From positions 1-52,571 of the forward strand of contig CAIPFS010000043.1 of the NCBI GenBank assembly GCA_903864375.1: a DNA stretch of 52,571 nucleotides, in the 5' to 3' direction. The translations under genes were made by a program, and so were the position numbers. The stretch comes from an uncultured Verrucomicrobiota bacterium. Its GTDB lineage: Bacteria; Verrucomicrobiota; Verrucomicrobiia; Limisphaerales; UBA9464. The notes under the pieces are model-generated. The model made no database searches. It saw nothing but the letters and a program-made list of their open reading frames with translations, and had not been told where the DNA came from. Positions 9,154 to 19,343 of this stretch are shown here, one piece after another; position 1 is the stretch's first letter; each line of letters starts with the position of its first letter.

Positions 9154-12100
9154 CCGCCGCGGTGGGAGTAGGAACAAGGTTCGTCGTCCCTGAAACGGCG
9201 ACGACCTGGATCTCAACCCCGATGGCTGTCGGCAGATCTGTCCCCATCTGTCCATCGGATGGCGTCGCATCGCCCCAGGTCAGAGTGACCACATGGTCCC
9301 GACGATCGTTTTTTAACGGAAGGATGACCCCGGGGATCACCTGACCATCCAGGGTCAGCACGCCTGCCGGGACGGATGGATGATTCGTCCTCGAAAGGTG
9401 AATGTGGTAGACTGAGTCCTGAAACCGATAGTGGAGGGTGCACTCGTTCCATTCGTGGGGAAGACGCGGCGTCAGGATGAGTGAATCACCGCTCCGGTTC
9501 AGTCCCAGGAGTGTTTCCACCAGAAGCCGGTACATCCAGCCAGCTGAGCCGGTGTACCAGGTCCATCCACCCCGTCCCGGATGGGTTGCACCCGAATAAA
9601 CGTCGGCCGCCACCACGTACGGTTCCACCTGATAGGTTGCAATGGCCCCGGGCGTGGCCCCGTGGAGCACCGGGTTGATCAACCCAAACAACTCCCAGGC
9701 CCGGTCATTCTGATCCAGCAAGGCAAACGCCATCACCGACCAGACGGCGGCATGGGTGTACTGCCCCCCGTTTTCGCGGACGCCGGGAATGTATCCCTTG
9801 ATGTAGCCGGGATTCATCGGGGACTTGTCAAACGGCGGTTCAAACAATTGGATCAAACGCTCCGCACGATGGACCAGATGTCGGTCGACCTGGGCCATGG
9901 CCTCGCGGGCCCGCGCAGGGTCGGCGGCACCGCTGATGACCGCCCAGCTTTGCGGCAGGGAATCAATCTGGCATTCCGAATTCAGGTGGGATCCCAATGG
10001 TTCACCATTATCGAAATAGGCCCGTCGATACCATTCCCCATCCCATCCCCCGGCTTCTATGTTTTTTTGAAGCTTCGACGCTTCAGCCCGACACCGATCC
10101 GCAAACTCAGCATCCCCGCGCTGCTGGGCAAGCCGTTCAAAATGCTTGAGCACGTCAAAGAGAAAAAAGGCGAGCCAGACGCTTTCCCCACGACCTTCAT
10201 TCCCCACCCGGTTCATACCGTCATTCCAGTCCCCACATCCCATCAGGGGGAGTCCGTGAGCTCCAAAGCGGAGACCCCGTTCGATGGCGCGCACGCTGTG
10301 CTCGTAGAGTGTGATGGATTCCTCGGCGGGGTTGGGCTGATCGTAATAGGCCTCCTCCTCGGGTTTGAGCGGGCGAGCCTCGAGAAGCCCGATCCGTTCA
10401 TCCAACACGGTACGGTCCCCAACGCACTCGACATACCGGCACATCACGTAGGGAAGCCAGAGGAAGTCGTCGGAAAAGTGGGTGCGCACGCCCTTTCCGG
10501 AGGGTGGATGCCACCAATGCTGAACGTCCCCCTCCCGGAACTGATGGGCGGCGGCCCGGAGCAGGTGTTCCCGGGTCAGTGCCGGCGCGGCGTGGACCAA
10601 CGCCAGGACATCCTGCAATTGATCCCGGAATCCATACGCCCCTCCGGATTGATAAAATCCCGTACGTGCCCAGAGACGGCAACCCAGGGTTTGATAGAGA
10701 AGCCAGCCGTTGGCCATGAAATTGACCGCGGGGTTGGGCGTCTCGACCTGGATGGAACCGAGGAGGCGTTCCCAATGGTTGCGGACCTGAGCCAGGGCAA
10801 TGCCGGTGGCGTCCAGTCGACGATAGCGCTGGATCAAGAGCTGCACATCCGGCAATCCCCGGCCTACGCCCAGCCGGAAGGTGGTTTCCCGCTCCCGGGC
10901 ATCCTCCAATTCCATCACCACCTGGACCGCACCGCAGGGGTCCAGCCCGGCCCCCACCCGTCCCGAGAGTCGCGAACTACGAAGGGCCGCCGGGTTTTCG
11001 AGAGTACCATTCCCGCCGATGAACTCCCGACGGTCGCCGGTGACGGTGCGGACGGGATCACTGACATCGACAAAGGCAATCCGATCCGGGAACTCGGTGT
11101 TGTAGAAATTCCGGGCGAGCAACGCCCCCGTCTTGAAGTCGACCTCGGTTTGAACATGGAGCAACGTCCTGGAACGGGACTCGCCCAGGACCCATTCCCA
11201 ATAGCCGGTGATGGAAATGCGGCGGGTTCGTCCCGAGTCATTTCTCAACTTCAAACGGGAGAATTTCACCGGGGCATCGATGGCGACAAAAACGGTCAAC
11301 TCCGAGTGGATACCGTTTTCCGTATGTTCAAAGACGCTGTAGCCAAACCCATGGCGGATGACATAGGGAGTTCCGCCCCGCACGGGCAGAGGGGTCGGTG
11401 ACCAGAATTGACCGGTTTCTTCGTCCCGGAGATACAGGGCTTCTCCGGGCGTATCCAGGACCGGGTCATTGCTCCACGGGGTGAGCCGGAATTCGTGGGA
11501 ATTTTCCACCCACGTATAGGCGGAACCACTTTCAGAAACCACCGTGCCGAAGGTGGGGTTGGCAATCACGTTGACCCACGGTGCGGGCGTGCTCCGACCC
11601 GGCTCCAGAGCGACGATATACTCCCGTCCGTCGTCCGAAAAGCCGCCGAGCCCGTTGGGGAAGCGGAGGACCGGTGTGGGAAGCGGTTGGGAGGACTCCG
11701 GTCCCCCCGAGCGGGTTGGGGACAACAAGGGAACGAGGGATACCAGGGCAAGGTGCGGTTCCACCTGATCGGCCAGCGTGCCGCGCTCATCGTCCACAAA
11801 GACGCGTGCCACCGCCTGCAGGAGGGTGCGGTCCTCATGCGACATCTGTTCCAGATGCCGGACAAAGATGCCGCCCGGCTTGTCGACAAGTTGGGCACCG
11901 ATCCCGGAGGACACCAGGCTCGTGACCTGATCGTGCAACGACTGGCGGTAAACCGAGATATCCTCATTTAGAATCACCAAATCGGTCAACAAACCCTTCA
12001 TCCGCCAGTAGGCGTGGGCCTTGACCAGCTGCCGGACGAGCTCGATCTTGTTCGCGTCACTGATCCGGAGCAGAAGGATGGGCAGATCGCCGGAGATGCC

Positions 12101-13477
12101 ATGACTCCACAAGGCGTTTTGTCCCCGGCGATTGCCGCGTAGGACGCCGGCATTCGCCCGTCTCACCGGGTCCGCGTAGACGAGGGCACTGGCCAGCCGA
12201 CTGTAGAGCTGGGCCTCCCCCTCGGAGGCGTCGAGATGCCGGAGAGTGACCTGCCCATGGGTCCAGGCGAGGTCAAAGCCGCGGTCTGCCATCCGGGAAC
12301 TTTGATAGCGCTCAACGAGCGCCACAGCGCCCTCCCGGCTTTCGGCGACACCGGTGACGATATCCACCACCAGGGTTTGATAGGGAGCGAGACGAAGCGT
12401 CCGCCGCAGGGAAAGAATGGGGTCGGGAACCGTCCCAAAGGTATTTGAAAATGGTGCGGATCCGGTCATGGCGGCGGGCCGGACAAGACTGCCGCATCGA
12501 CCGATGAAGCGGACCCGATCGGTCTCACAGGAAATGCCGCCGACATCGCCTCCGGGAACCACAAACACATGGACCAACCAGGGAGGCCTTTCATCAGCCG
12601 AACGGGCTCGGCGGGTGCAAAGCAATGCCGAGGAGCCGGGTTCAAATTCTGTTTGCAGGAAGAGTTTGCTGAACAAGGGATGCGATGCGTCAGCGGAAGT
12701 GAGCGCCAGAACCGGCTCCAGATAGGTGGTCACTTCCAATTCCCGAGCCAGGAGCGAATGGTTGCTGATGGTGAGTCTCCGAAGTTCGACATCGTCCTCC
12801 GGCGAGACGCTGATGGACAGATGCACATCGAGTTCACGATGGCGGTGCCGAAATTCCGCGCGGGCCTCGGTGAAAATGGTCTCGCTTCCCTGCAGGGTGC
12901 GGAGGGTGGGCTGGTGGGTGGCGGACCAGAATTCACCGGAGGCGGGTTCCCTCAGATAAACAAAGGTCCCCCGGTTATCGCAGGTGGCATCCTCCTGCCA
13001 GCGGGTGACGGCGAGATCCTTCCAGCGCCCGTATCCCCCGCCCGTACTACTGACCAAAACATGATACCGTCCGTTGGATAACAGTTGCACCTCGGGGGCA
13101 GGCGGCGAGGTGTCGGTGAACACCCGCATCATGCTTTCGCATTCCACGGCCAGGGTATGGGCCGTTTCCAGGGTGAGGTCCTCGCCAAAGACACCGGGCA
13201 CCGCCCGGGGAACACGCTCCTGCAGCAGCAGCTCGGAGGCCTTGAGCACCGGGCAGAGGAGAAACCGACGTTGCATGGGCCCGTCCTTGAGGAGTTGCGC
13301 CAGCGCCAGCAGACTCATCCCCTGATGGTGGACCATGTACGATTGGATGGTCACACTGGTCTCGCCGGGCGGCAGCCGGGTGGGGGGTATAGTCGATGGC
13401 CTCATAGAATCCATAGGTTCCACATCGGGCATCCCGGTCCATTCGCTGGAGGTTTTCGCAGGCGGAAACGGGGTCAA
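9140..13477 (-). CDS. cgs: cyclic beta-1,2-glucan synthase, C-terminal part (GH94 glycosyl phosphorylase-like region); continuation of the upstream ORF in another frame
   Basis: Family-like sequence starts at TRLPPGETSVTIQSYMVHHQGMSLLAL (about 13385) and continues through ...GGAYGFRDQLQD... and ...VRENGGQYTHAA... The first ~30 codons of the ORF (TTG at 13477) are not family-like. Confidence 0.8.
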   Translation of the reverse strand: MTPFPPAKTSSEWTGMPDVEPMDSMRPSTIPPTRLPPGETSVTIQSYMVHHQGMSLLALAQLLKDGPMQRRFLLCPVLKASELLLQERVPRAVPGVFGEDLTLETAHTLAVECESMMRVFTDTSPPAPEVQLLSNGRYHVLVSSTGGGYGRWKDLAVTRWQEDATCDNRGTFVYLREPASGEFWSATHQPTLRTLQGSETIFTEARAEFRHRHRELDVHLSISVSPEDDVELRRLTISNHSLLARELEVTTYLEPVLALTSADASHPLFSKLFLQTEFEPGSSALLCTRRARSADERPPWLVHVFVVPGGDVGGISCETDRVRFIGRCGSLVRPAAMTGSAPFSNTFGTVPDPILSLRRTLRLAPYQTLVVDIVTGVAESREGAVALVERYQSSRMADRGFDLAWTHGQVTLRHLDASEGEAQLYSRLASALVYADPVRRANAGVLRGNRRGQNALWSHGISGDLPILLLRISDANKIELVRQLVKAHAYWRMKGLLTDLVILNEDISVYRQSLHDQVTSLVSSGIGAQLVDKPGGIFVRHLEQMSHEDRTLLQAVARVFVDDERGTLADQVEPHLALVSLVPLLSPTRSGGPESSQPLPTPVLRFPNGLGGFSDDGREYIVALEPGRSTPAPWVNVIANPTFGTVVSESGSAYTWVENSHEFRLTPWSNDPVLDTPGEALYLRDEETGQFWSPTPLPVRGGTPYVIRHGFGYSVFEHTENGIHSELTVFVAIDAPVKFSRLKLRNDSGRTRRISITGYWEWVLGESRSRTLLHVQTEVDFKTGALLARNFYNTEFPDRIAFVDVSDPVRTVTGDRREFIGGNGTLENPAALRSSRLSGRVGAGLDPCGAVQVVMELEDARERETTFRLGVGRGLPDVQLLIQRYRRLDATGIALAQVRNHWERLLGSIQVETPNPAVNFMANGWLLYQTLGCRLWARTGFYQSGGAYGFRDQLQDVLALVHAAPALTREHLLRAAAHQFREGDVQHWWHPPSGKGVRTHFSDDFLWLPYVMCRYVECVGDRTVLDERIGLLEARPLKPEEEAYYDQPNPAEESITLYEHSVRAIERGLRFGAHGLPLMGCGDWNDGMNRVGNEGRGESVWLAFFLFDVLKHFERLAQQRGDAEFADRCRAEASKLQKNIEAGGWDGEWYRRAYFDNGEPLGSHLNSECQIDSLPQSWAVISGAADPARAREAMAQVDRHLVHRAERLIQLFEPPFDKSPMNPGYIKGYIPGVRENGGQYTHAAVWSVMAFALLDQNDRAWELFGLINPVLHGATPGAIATYQVEPYVVAADVYSGATHPGRGGWTWYTGSAGWMYRLLVETLLGLNRSGDSLILTPRLPHEWNECTLHYRFQDSVYHIHLSRTNHPSVPAGVLTLDGQVIPGVILPLKNDRRDHVVTLTWGDATPSDGQMGTDLPTAIGVEIQVVAVSGTTNLVPTPTAAVTSP

Positions 13478-16400
13478 CCATCAGGGCCAACGCGGTGGCA
13501 TACGGCGCGATGACCAAATCCTCGGATAAGCCGCGCTTGAGACCAAGCCCGGGGACGCCGAACGCGCGATACTGGTAATTCAGTTCCACGTCGGTCCGAT
13601 TGTACCCGGACTCGGAAATCCCCCAGGGAACACCCCTCAAGCGGCCGTACGCCATTTGCTGCCGGACTGCCGCCCGGCAGGTCCGATCGAGCAGCGTGTT
13701 TTCAAAGGACGGCATCACCAGCATCGGCATCAGGTATTCGAACATGGATCCGCTCCAGGAAACCAGGTTGGGCCCGCACCGTCCCCCCACCAATAACCGA
13801 CCGAGGGCAAACCAGTGATTCTGTGGAATCTGACCCAGGGCGATGGACACATAGCTGCACAATCGCGCCTCGGACGCCAAAAGGTCATAGTATCCGGAAT
13901 CACACCGGTGCTCCCCCATCCTGAAGCCGGTCGAAAAGAGCTTGCGATCGAAATCAAACAGGAAGGTGAAATCCATGGCAGCCATGGCTTCACAGGACCG
14001 GGCGAGCTCCTCGAGCTCCGCCAGACGCTTCCGGGACCGATTCGCCGACTCCCGCAGCTTTCCCGCCAGTATCAATCCCGCGTCGACCGACTCTTTCGAC
14101 GGCCCAACGCCTTCGCCCGGTTGGACACCGGCCTCCATCACCAGGGCCAGCTTCGCAGTAAGGTCCGCCCATTCCCGCAATCCCAAAGGACGATCCAGGG
14201 AGGATATCGCCGATTCCCACTCACGACCGGATGGACCGCGAACGGTCGTGGGGGTCGTCTTCGTAGCGTCCGGCCGGTCCGCCTCCATCAGCCACGGTGC
14301 GAGGAATACAAGATCCGACTGGTGGTCGCGACAGTTCTGCCGGAGGGCGTGAGCCCAGTCCCTCCAGGAGCTTCCGGGCACGGGAGGCGATGAGATGAGC
14401 AATTCGGTGAGTCGCAGGGCCTCCGACAGGCGATGTTCAGCCGCCACAAGTCCGGCCGTTGGCTCGGCCAGAACGGCCTCGATTTCATCCAGAGCTCCGG
14501 CGGGTGCGCCCTCGAGTCGAAGAACCCGGATCGTATCCAGAAGACCGGAGACTGGATTCTGGAGGTTCATGGGCAGCTCGGCCATTTCGCGCAGACCGGA
14601 GGAAAGGGTGAGGAGGTGGCCCGCCAGGTTGCCACTGTCGACACTGCTGATATACAGCGGGACCAGCGGCTCAAGCGTCCGGGTGTGATACCAGTTGTAG
14701 AAATGACCCCGATGTCGGTCGAGCCGCTCCATCGTGGTCAGGGCGTCGCGTGTGCGCCGAAGCAGCATCCCCGCCGATTGATGGCCAAAGTCGCAGGCCG
14801 CCAGATTGGCGAGCAGGGCCAATCCCATGTTGGTGGGGGATGTTCGCGAGGCCACCCGGCCCTCCGGGATTTCCTGAAAATTATCCGGCGGCAGCCAATG
14901 TTCCTCTGCATTCACAAAGGTTTCAAAGAACCGCCAGGTTCTGCGGGCGGTGACCCCAAGGAATCGAATCTGGTCCGCAGTCAGTGCAGGCGGAAGGGAC
15001 GGAATCGGACGGCTGATCCACCAGGCCATCCCGGGTCCCAACCACCAGAGAATCAAAAACGGGGCTGCAACGGTGAGACTGGCCGGCTGGACGATCCAGA
15101 TCACGCACCCTCCGAACGTGGCCACCAACGGAGCGCTGACCATGCTCAAATACGAGCCGAGCAACCCGACGGCATTCTGTCGGGCAGACTCGCCGGAGGA
15201 GCGCCATTGCAGCAATCGACGACCGGTGATGAACAACCGGGCCAGCGTCCGGAAGATGGCGTCGAGATTGAGGGCGGCATCGCAGGGAAGAAACGCGACG
15301 TTCAGCAACAGCTGGCCGAGTTGCTGAAGGACCGTGAGGCCCACCTGACAGAGGTGGAGTTCCGTGGGAATCTCCCCGGGCTTGGAAAGGACGGACCCCA
15401 CCGCAGTCAGCAACGCCGGAAGGATCATCACCGACACCACCAGGAGAGCCGCTTCACCGCTCAATGTCGGAAGGAACAGCCAGCTGGCCAGGAGGAAGGT
15501 GGTCAGCGCGGCGGGAACCAGACTCCGGCGAAGATTGTCCAGCAGCTTCCATTGCGAAAGGAGGGTCAGGGGATTGGGTTGGAATACTCCGTCCACCCCC
15601 GGTGTCCGCCGCAGCAACCAGCGGATTGCCTGCCAGTCGCCGCGAATCCAGCGGTGGCGGCGGGCGGTGTCGACGCTGTAGCGGGTGGGAAATCCCTCAT
15701 AAAACTCCACATCACTCACCAGGGCGGATCGCGCATGACACGCTTCAAGGAGGTCATGGCTCAGGACCGTGTTTTCCGGGAAGCGACCGGCCATCACGCG
15801 TTCAAAGGCATCCACATCATAAATGCCCTTGCCGACAAAGGATCCCTCCTGAAACAGGTCCTGATACAGGTCCGACACGGCCCGGGTATAGGGGTCAATA
15901 CCGGAATCGCCGGCAAACAGGCGGGCAAACCAGGTGCGCCGGGCGGTCGTCAGGCTCACGCCCACCCGCGGCTGAAGAATGCCGTAGCCCTCGACGACGA
16001 TGCCCCGGACCGGGTCAAATTCAGGGCGATTCAGCCGGTGGGACATGATCCCGACCAATTGCCGGGCGGCGTCCCTCGGCAACTGGGTGTCCGAATCGAG
16101 CGTGATGACGTATCGGACCGATGGAAAAATCCCGGTTTCCCCCACGACCGTGGAAAAGCATCCGGCGGCCCCGCCACGAAGGAGTGAGTTGAACTCACTC
16201 AATTTTCCCCGCTTTCGCTCGTAACCCATCCACAATCCCTCCCCGGCATTCCATCTCCGGGGGCGGTGAAGCAGGTAAAAAATGCTACGACCGGCGGTTG
16301 AATGGCGTTGATTCAAGGCAACGATGCCGAGACGGGCCCTTTCCAGCACGAAGGCATCCTGGGGCGTAGTTTCGGTGATTGAATCCAGGAAATCCGTCAA

Positions 16401-17990
16401 CAGGGCAAAATGCAGGTGGGCATCGGGATTTGCCAGGTGATGAATCTCCAGGTTTCCGATGAGCTGGTCGACTTCGTCCTCGGTGGAAATCAACGTGGGA
16501 ACCACCACCATGGTGCGCCGGTCCGCAGGCAATCCCAGGGAATAATCCAACCGGGGAAGAAGCCGCGGCTTTACCATCCAGCCGCACAGCAGATTGCTCA
16601 GAGCCACCGCCAACTGACTCGCCCCCATCGCGACCAACGGGATGAACCAGATGTAACTTGCCTGTGTGAAACCCGCCGTTTGCAACTGGAGGTTCCACGC
16701 CATGACCGCCAGAAGCGTCAAGGCGCAGACACCACCGCAGTAGAACAGCAACGGATGATCCAGAAGCGCCGACTCCACCCAGGACGACCACGGCAACCGC
16801 ACCGACAGATCCCTCCTCAACGCATCGGCACCCCGGTCGGCCAGGTGAAATCCCACATGGGCGGAACGCGCGTTGGGCCCTGATTTTCCAGCACCGTCCA
16901 CGGCATGCCCGATGGCCCGCTCCGCGGCCTCCGTTTCACTGACAGTTCCATGACGTGCCAGGGACTCGATCGCATGCCGGTAGGAGTCCCGGGTTTGAAA
17001 ATCCATTTCAGGATACACTGCAGCCGGGTCGGACCGCAAAATGGTCTCGACCCGGCTGTGGGATTCCACGAATCGCATCCAGTCCATGGTGCTGAGAAAC
17101 CGGAGGCTGGAAATGCAGTGGCTGACGGAAACCTGGTCGGCAGCCTGGCTCTGACTCTCCTGATGTACCAGGAGCTCAATGGAGGTCCCCTTCTCCGACA
17201 GACGCTGATCCAGCCAGGTGCGGGCGAGTTGGAGGACGGGACTCTGTCGTGAAAGGCGCTGACAGAATTCCGCCACGAATGAACTGGATAACTTCAGGTC
17301 CGCCCTGGCCATCTCGGCCACCACAATCACAAGCCCGGACGGTTGTTCCCCGGTCATCTCCTGCAGGCGATTCACCCAGGTGACCGCCGAATCCCGATCA
17401 GCCCTCGCCAGTGTCAGCCGGTTGGCAATCCGCTGAAGGTTTTCGATCAGCCCGAGGCGGAGCATGATGGGAATGGCCCAGAGCTCCCCCAGCTTGAGCC
17501 AGGAAACGGATTGATAGGCACCGATAAAGCTGGCCAGTGGCTCGGCGTCGATTTGGGCATCCACGTGGGCAATCAATTCCAGAATGATGTCGTAGACGCG
17601 GGGCAACCCACTGGAGGAGCCCCCGACCAGCCGCGGCAGTTCACGACTGTACCCGCGAGGCAGATGCCGACGGGCGAGATGGATCTGTTCCTCTATCAAA
17701 TAGAAGTTGTCCAGCAGCCACTCCGCCGCGGGCGTCAGGTGACGCTCGCGCCCGATTATGAGCGTGGATCGGTTGAAATTCCGAAGGACCTGCTCGTTGG
17801 CATCCAGGCATGCCAGCAGACGATTGTCCCGGTGACGGATGATGACCTCATGGTTCGTCGCCAGGGTCCGCGCGTGCCGGACCAACTGTTCGGAGCTCAT
17901 CAACTCTCCCCGGAGTGGCGGCTCGCCACTTGCCGGATGGAGGTGACGGGCGACCCACCGGGGGACGATGGAGATAAGGCTTTGAATCAT
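13047..17990 (-). CDS. cgs: cyclic beta-1,2-glucan synthase (Cgs/NdvB/ChvB-like), N-terminal part (membrane + GT84 region); frame broken near 13385
   Basis: DSDTQLPRDAARQLVGIMSHRLNRPEFDP...GYGILQPRVGVSL and RHRWIRGDWQ are typical of the family. Family-like sequence ends at ...YGFYEAIDYTP. The last ~110 codons (13047..~13385) are Arg/Gly/Pro-rich out-of-frame read-through. Confidence 0.8.
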   Translation of the reverse strand: MIQSLISIVPRWVARHLHPASGEPPLRGELMSSEQLVRHARTLATNHEVIIRHRDNRLLACLDANEQVLRNFNRSTLIIGRERHLTPAAEWLLDNFYLIEEQIHLARRHLPRGYSRELPRLVGGSSSGLPRVYDIILELIAHVDAQIDAEPLASFIGAYQSVSWLKLGELWAIPIMLRLGLIENLQRIANRLTLARADRDSAVTWVNRLQEMTGEQPSGLVIVVAEMARADLKLSSSFVAEFCQRLSRQSPVLQLARTWLDQRLSEKGTSIELLVHQESQSQAADQVSVSHCISSLRFLSTMDWMRFVESHSRVETILRSDPAAVYPEMDFQTRDSYRHAIESLARHGTVSETEAAERAIGHAVDGAGKSGPNARSAHVGFHLADRGADALRRDLSVRLPWSSWVESALLDHPLLFYCGGVCALTLLAVMAWNLQLQTAGFTQASYIWFIPLVAMGASQLAVALSNLLCGWMVKPRLLPRLDYSLGLPADRRTMVVVPTLISTEDEVDQLIGNLEIHHLANPDAHLHFALLTDFLDSITETTPQDAFVLERARLGIVALNQRHSTAGRSIFYLLHRPRRWNAGEGLWMGYERKRGKLSEFNSLLRGGAAGCFSTVVGETGIFPSVRYVITLDSDTQLPRDAARQLVGIMSHRLNRPEFDPVRGIVVEGYGILQPRVGVSLTTARRTWFARLFAGDSGIDPYTRAVSDLYQDLFQEGSFVGKGIYDVDAFERVMAGRFPENTVLSHDLLEACHARSALVSDVEFYEGFPTRYSVDTARRHRWIRGDWQAIRWLLRRTPGVDGVFQPNPLTLLSQWKLLDNLRRSLVPAALTTFLLASWLFLPTLSGEAALLVVSVMILPALLTAVGSVLSKPGEIPTELHLCQVGLTVLQQLGQLLLNVAFLPCDAALNLDAIFRTLARLFITGRRLLQWRSSGESARQNAVGLLGSYLSMVSAPLVATFGGCVIWIVQPASLTVAAPFLILWWLGPGMAWWISRPIPSLPPALTADQIRFLGVTARRTWRFFETFVNAEEHWLPPDNFQEIPEGRVASRTSPTNMGLALLANLAACDFGHQSAGMLLRRTRDALTTMERLDRHRGHFYNWYHTRTLEPLVPLYISSVDSGNLAGHLLTLSSGLREMAELPMNLQNPVSGLLDTIRVLRLEGAPAGALDEIEAVLAEPTAGLVAAEHRLSEALRLTELLISSPPVPGSSWRDWAHALRQNCRDHQSDLVFLAPWLMEADRPDATKTTPTTVRGPSGREWESAISSLDRPLGLREWADLTAKLALVMEAGVQPGEGVGPSKESVDAGLILAGKLRESANRSRKRLAELEELARSCEAMAAMDFTFLFDFDRKLFSTGFRMGEHRCDSGYYDLLASEARLCSYVSIALGQIPQNHWFALGRLLVGGRCGPNLVSWSGSMFEYLMPMLVMPSFENTLLDRTCRAAVRQQMAYGRLRGVPWGISESGYNRTDVELNYQYRAFGVPGLGLKRGLSEDLVIAPYATALALMVDPVSACENLQRMDRDARCGTYGFYEAIDYTPHPAAARRDQCDHPIVHGPPSGDESAGAGATPQGRAHATSVSPLPGAQGLRAAAAGACSPGGARCLWRGPHPGNGPYPGRGMRKHDAGVHRHLAACPRGATVIQRTVSCFGQ
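13382..13387. other. G6 (coding-strand C6) homopolymer where the two glucan-synthase reading frames meet
   Basis: The coding strand reads GAC TAT ACC CCC CAC CCG. With one C fewer it reads GAC TAT ACC CCC ACC CGG CTG, giving ...DYTPTRLPPGE... and joining the two ORFs. Confidence 0.85.
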
Positions 17991-18072
17991 GGCCTGGATT
18001 CAATCCCCGCCCTCAGCGTCAGCTCCGCACAGGCATTCCAGCCTGCGTTCCCCTCACCTGGATCGCGCGGAT

Positions 18073-18222
18073 TCAATTTCCGCGTCGCCCTGAGATGAGA
18101 TTGACGAGAATCATGACCACGGCGACCACCAGCAGAATGTGGATGAATCCGCCAATGGTATAACTGCTGACCAATCCAAGGACCCAGAGGATCAGGAGGA
18201 TGACGGCAATGGTGTAAAGCAT
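18073..18222 (-). CDS. lmo0937 family small membrane protein
   Basis: ATG at 18222. MLYTIAVILLILWVLGLVSSYTIGGFIHILLVVAVVMILVNLISGRRGN, a 49-aa two-helix peptide typical of this family. Confidence 0.75.
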   Translation of the reverse strand: MLYTIAVILLILWVLGLVSSYTIGGFIHILLVVAVVMILVNLISGRRGN

Positions 18223-18297
18223 GGGAATGGGGGTGTGGACTGCATTGAGAACCAGCCTGGACCGGCACATGAGGTGCCGGTCGCTCGTCTGGTTTTC

Positions 18298-19074
18298 CTA
18301 CTTCGCCGAGGCGGCGGAGATTTCCACCGTGATTTGGTTGATGACCTGGCGGACTCCGTTGATGTCACCCACCAACTTGCCGACAAGGCTCTTTTCCGCG
18401 TCATTGGAGGCACGACCGGTCACGGTCACCACTCCCTCCAGCGTTGACACCTTGGTTTTCAGAGAACGGGTGGACCGATGGGCAAGAAGGGCGGCTTTGA
18501 CCTGGGCAGTAATCGAGGCGTCATCGATCTGTTCATCCAGAGTTTCAGCCGGCTTGGCCGGAGCAACGGACACCGTCAATTCGTTCTTCACATCCCGGAC
18601 CCCTTCGACGTCCTTGGCGTATTCACCGGTCAAATCCTTTTGAGCGAGGTTCGACACCTCACCCCGAAGAGTGACAATTCCGTCCGTCACCAGCACTTCC
18701 GTCCCGGTGGCACTGACATGACGATGAAACAGGAGGGCGGACTTCACCCGCAGGGCCAGCCAGGTGTCGGAGTGCTCCGGCGGCGCTTCACCCTTGAGCT
18801 TGAGTTGATTGTCCACCCGGAGAACCCCGGGCAATCCTTCGACGGTGTCTTCCGCAAGCGTCCGATGTTCGATGACCGCAACCGTTCCCGTCAGCGTCAC
18901 GACCCCTTCCCTGGATTCCGTGTGGATGGAGTCGCCGGACAGGTAGGTTTTGAAGACATAGGATTTCCGGGCTGCGGATTCAATGCGATCATCCGTTTCG
19001 GAGGCGGTTAATACCAGAGGTGCAATGAACAGGGCACCGGCCATCCAGGGTGCGAGAGAGAGTGTATTTTTCAT
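18298..19074 (-). CDS. periplasmic BON-domain protein (OsmY-like, three BON domains)
   Basis: ATG at 19074 (MKNTLSLAPWMAGALFIAPLVLTA signal peptide). Three repeats of the BON pattern, e.g. GVVTLTGTV...VEGLPGVLRVDNQL, GIVTLRGEV...VEGVRDVKNEL and GVVTVTGRA...INGVRQVINQI. Confidence 0.85.
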   Translation of the reverse strand: MKNTLSLAPWMAGALFIAPLVLTASETDDRIESAARKSYVFKTYLSGDSIHTESREGVVTLTGTVAVIEHRTLAEDTVEGLPGVLRVDNQLKLKGEAPPEHSDTWLALRVKSALLFHRHVSATGTEVLVTDGIVTLRGEVSNLAQKDLTGEYAKDVEGVRDVKNELTVSVAPAKPAETLDEQIDDASITAQVKAALLAHRSTRSLKTKVSTLEGVVTVTGRASNDAEKSLVGKLVGDINGVRQVINQITVEISAASAK

Positions 19075-19140
19075 AATGAAGTGAGGGGGGACACCGACAG
19101 GCATCCGCCGCTCCTGAATGGTAAACAACGCCTTCAATTG

Positions 19141-19159
19141 GAGCCATGGGGTGTAACCC
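19141..19159 (-). promoter_or_regulatory. conserved stress-cluster upstream motif, copy A (upstream of the BON gene)
   Basis: The minus strand reads GGGTTACACCCCATGGCTC, a 19/19 match to copy B. TACCAT lies exactly 17 nt downstream (19118..19123), 44 nt before the ATG at 19074. Confidence 0.55.
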
Positions 19160-19199
19160 GACTGAATTTCGGGGAGGCGGGATTCCCCACGATTTGGGG

Positions 19200-19343
19200 C
19201 TACTTGGTTCCGTCTTGAATCCCTTCGCCGGCTTTTTGAACGTCTTTGCCGAAGCCATTTGCAGTGTTGCAGCCACTGGCGAGGAGGCCAATCAGAGCGG
19301 TGATGCAAAGCAGGGATAGGGTGAGATTTCGTGTGTTTTTCAT
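19200..19343 (-). CDS. entericidin A/B family lipoprotein
   Basis: ATG at 19343. The 47-aa product is MKNTRNLTLSLLCITALIGLLASGCNTANGFGKDVQKAGEGIQDGTK. Signal peptide plus Cys, then a CNT..G.G.D....G core like EcnA/B. Confidence 0.8.
   Translation of the reverse strand: MKNTRNLTLSLLCITALIGLLASGCNTANGFGKDVQKAGEGIQDGTK

Noticed and set aside
13047-13385. The C-terminal ~110 residues of ORF 13047..17990 and the N-terminal ~30 residues of ORF 9140..13477 as genuine protein sequence, implying two overlapping genes.
   Set aside because: Both stretches are Arg/Gly/Pro/Ala-rich with no family resemblance. They sit exactly opposite family-like sequence in the other frame. The overlap is an out-of-frame read-through artefact of the frame change at 13382..13387.
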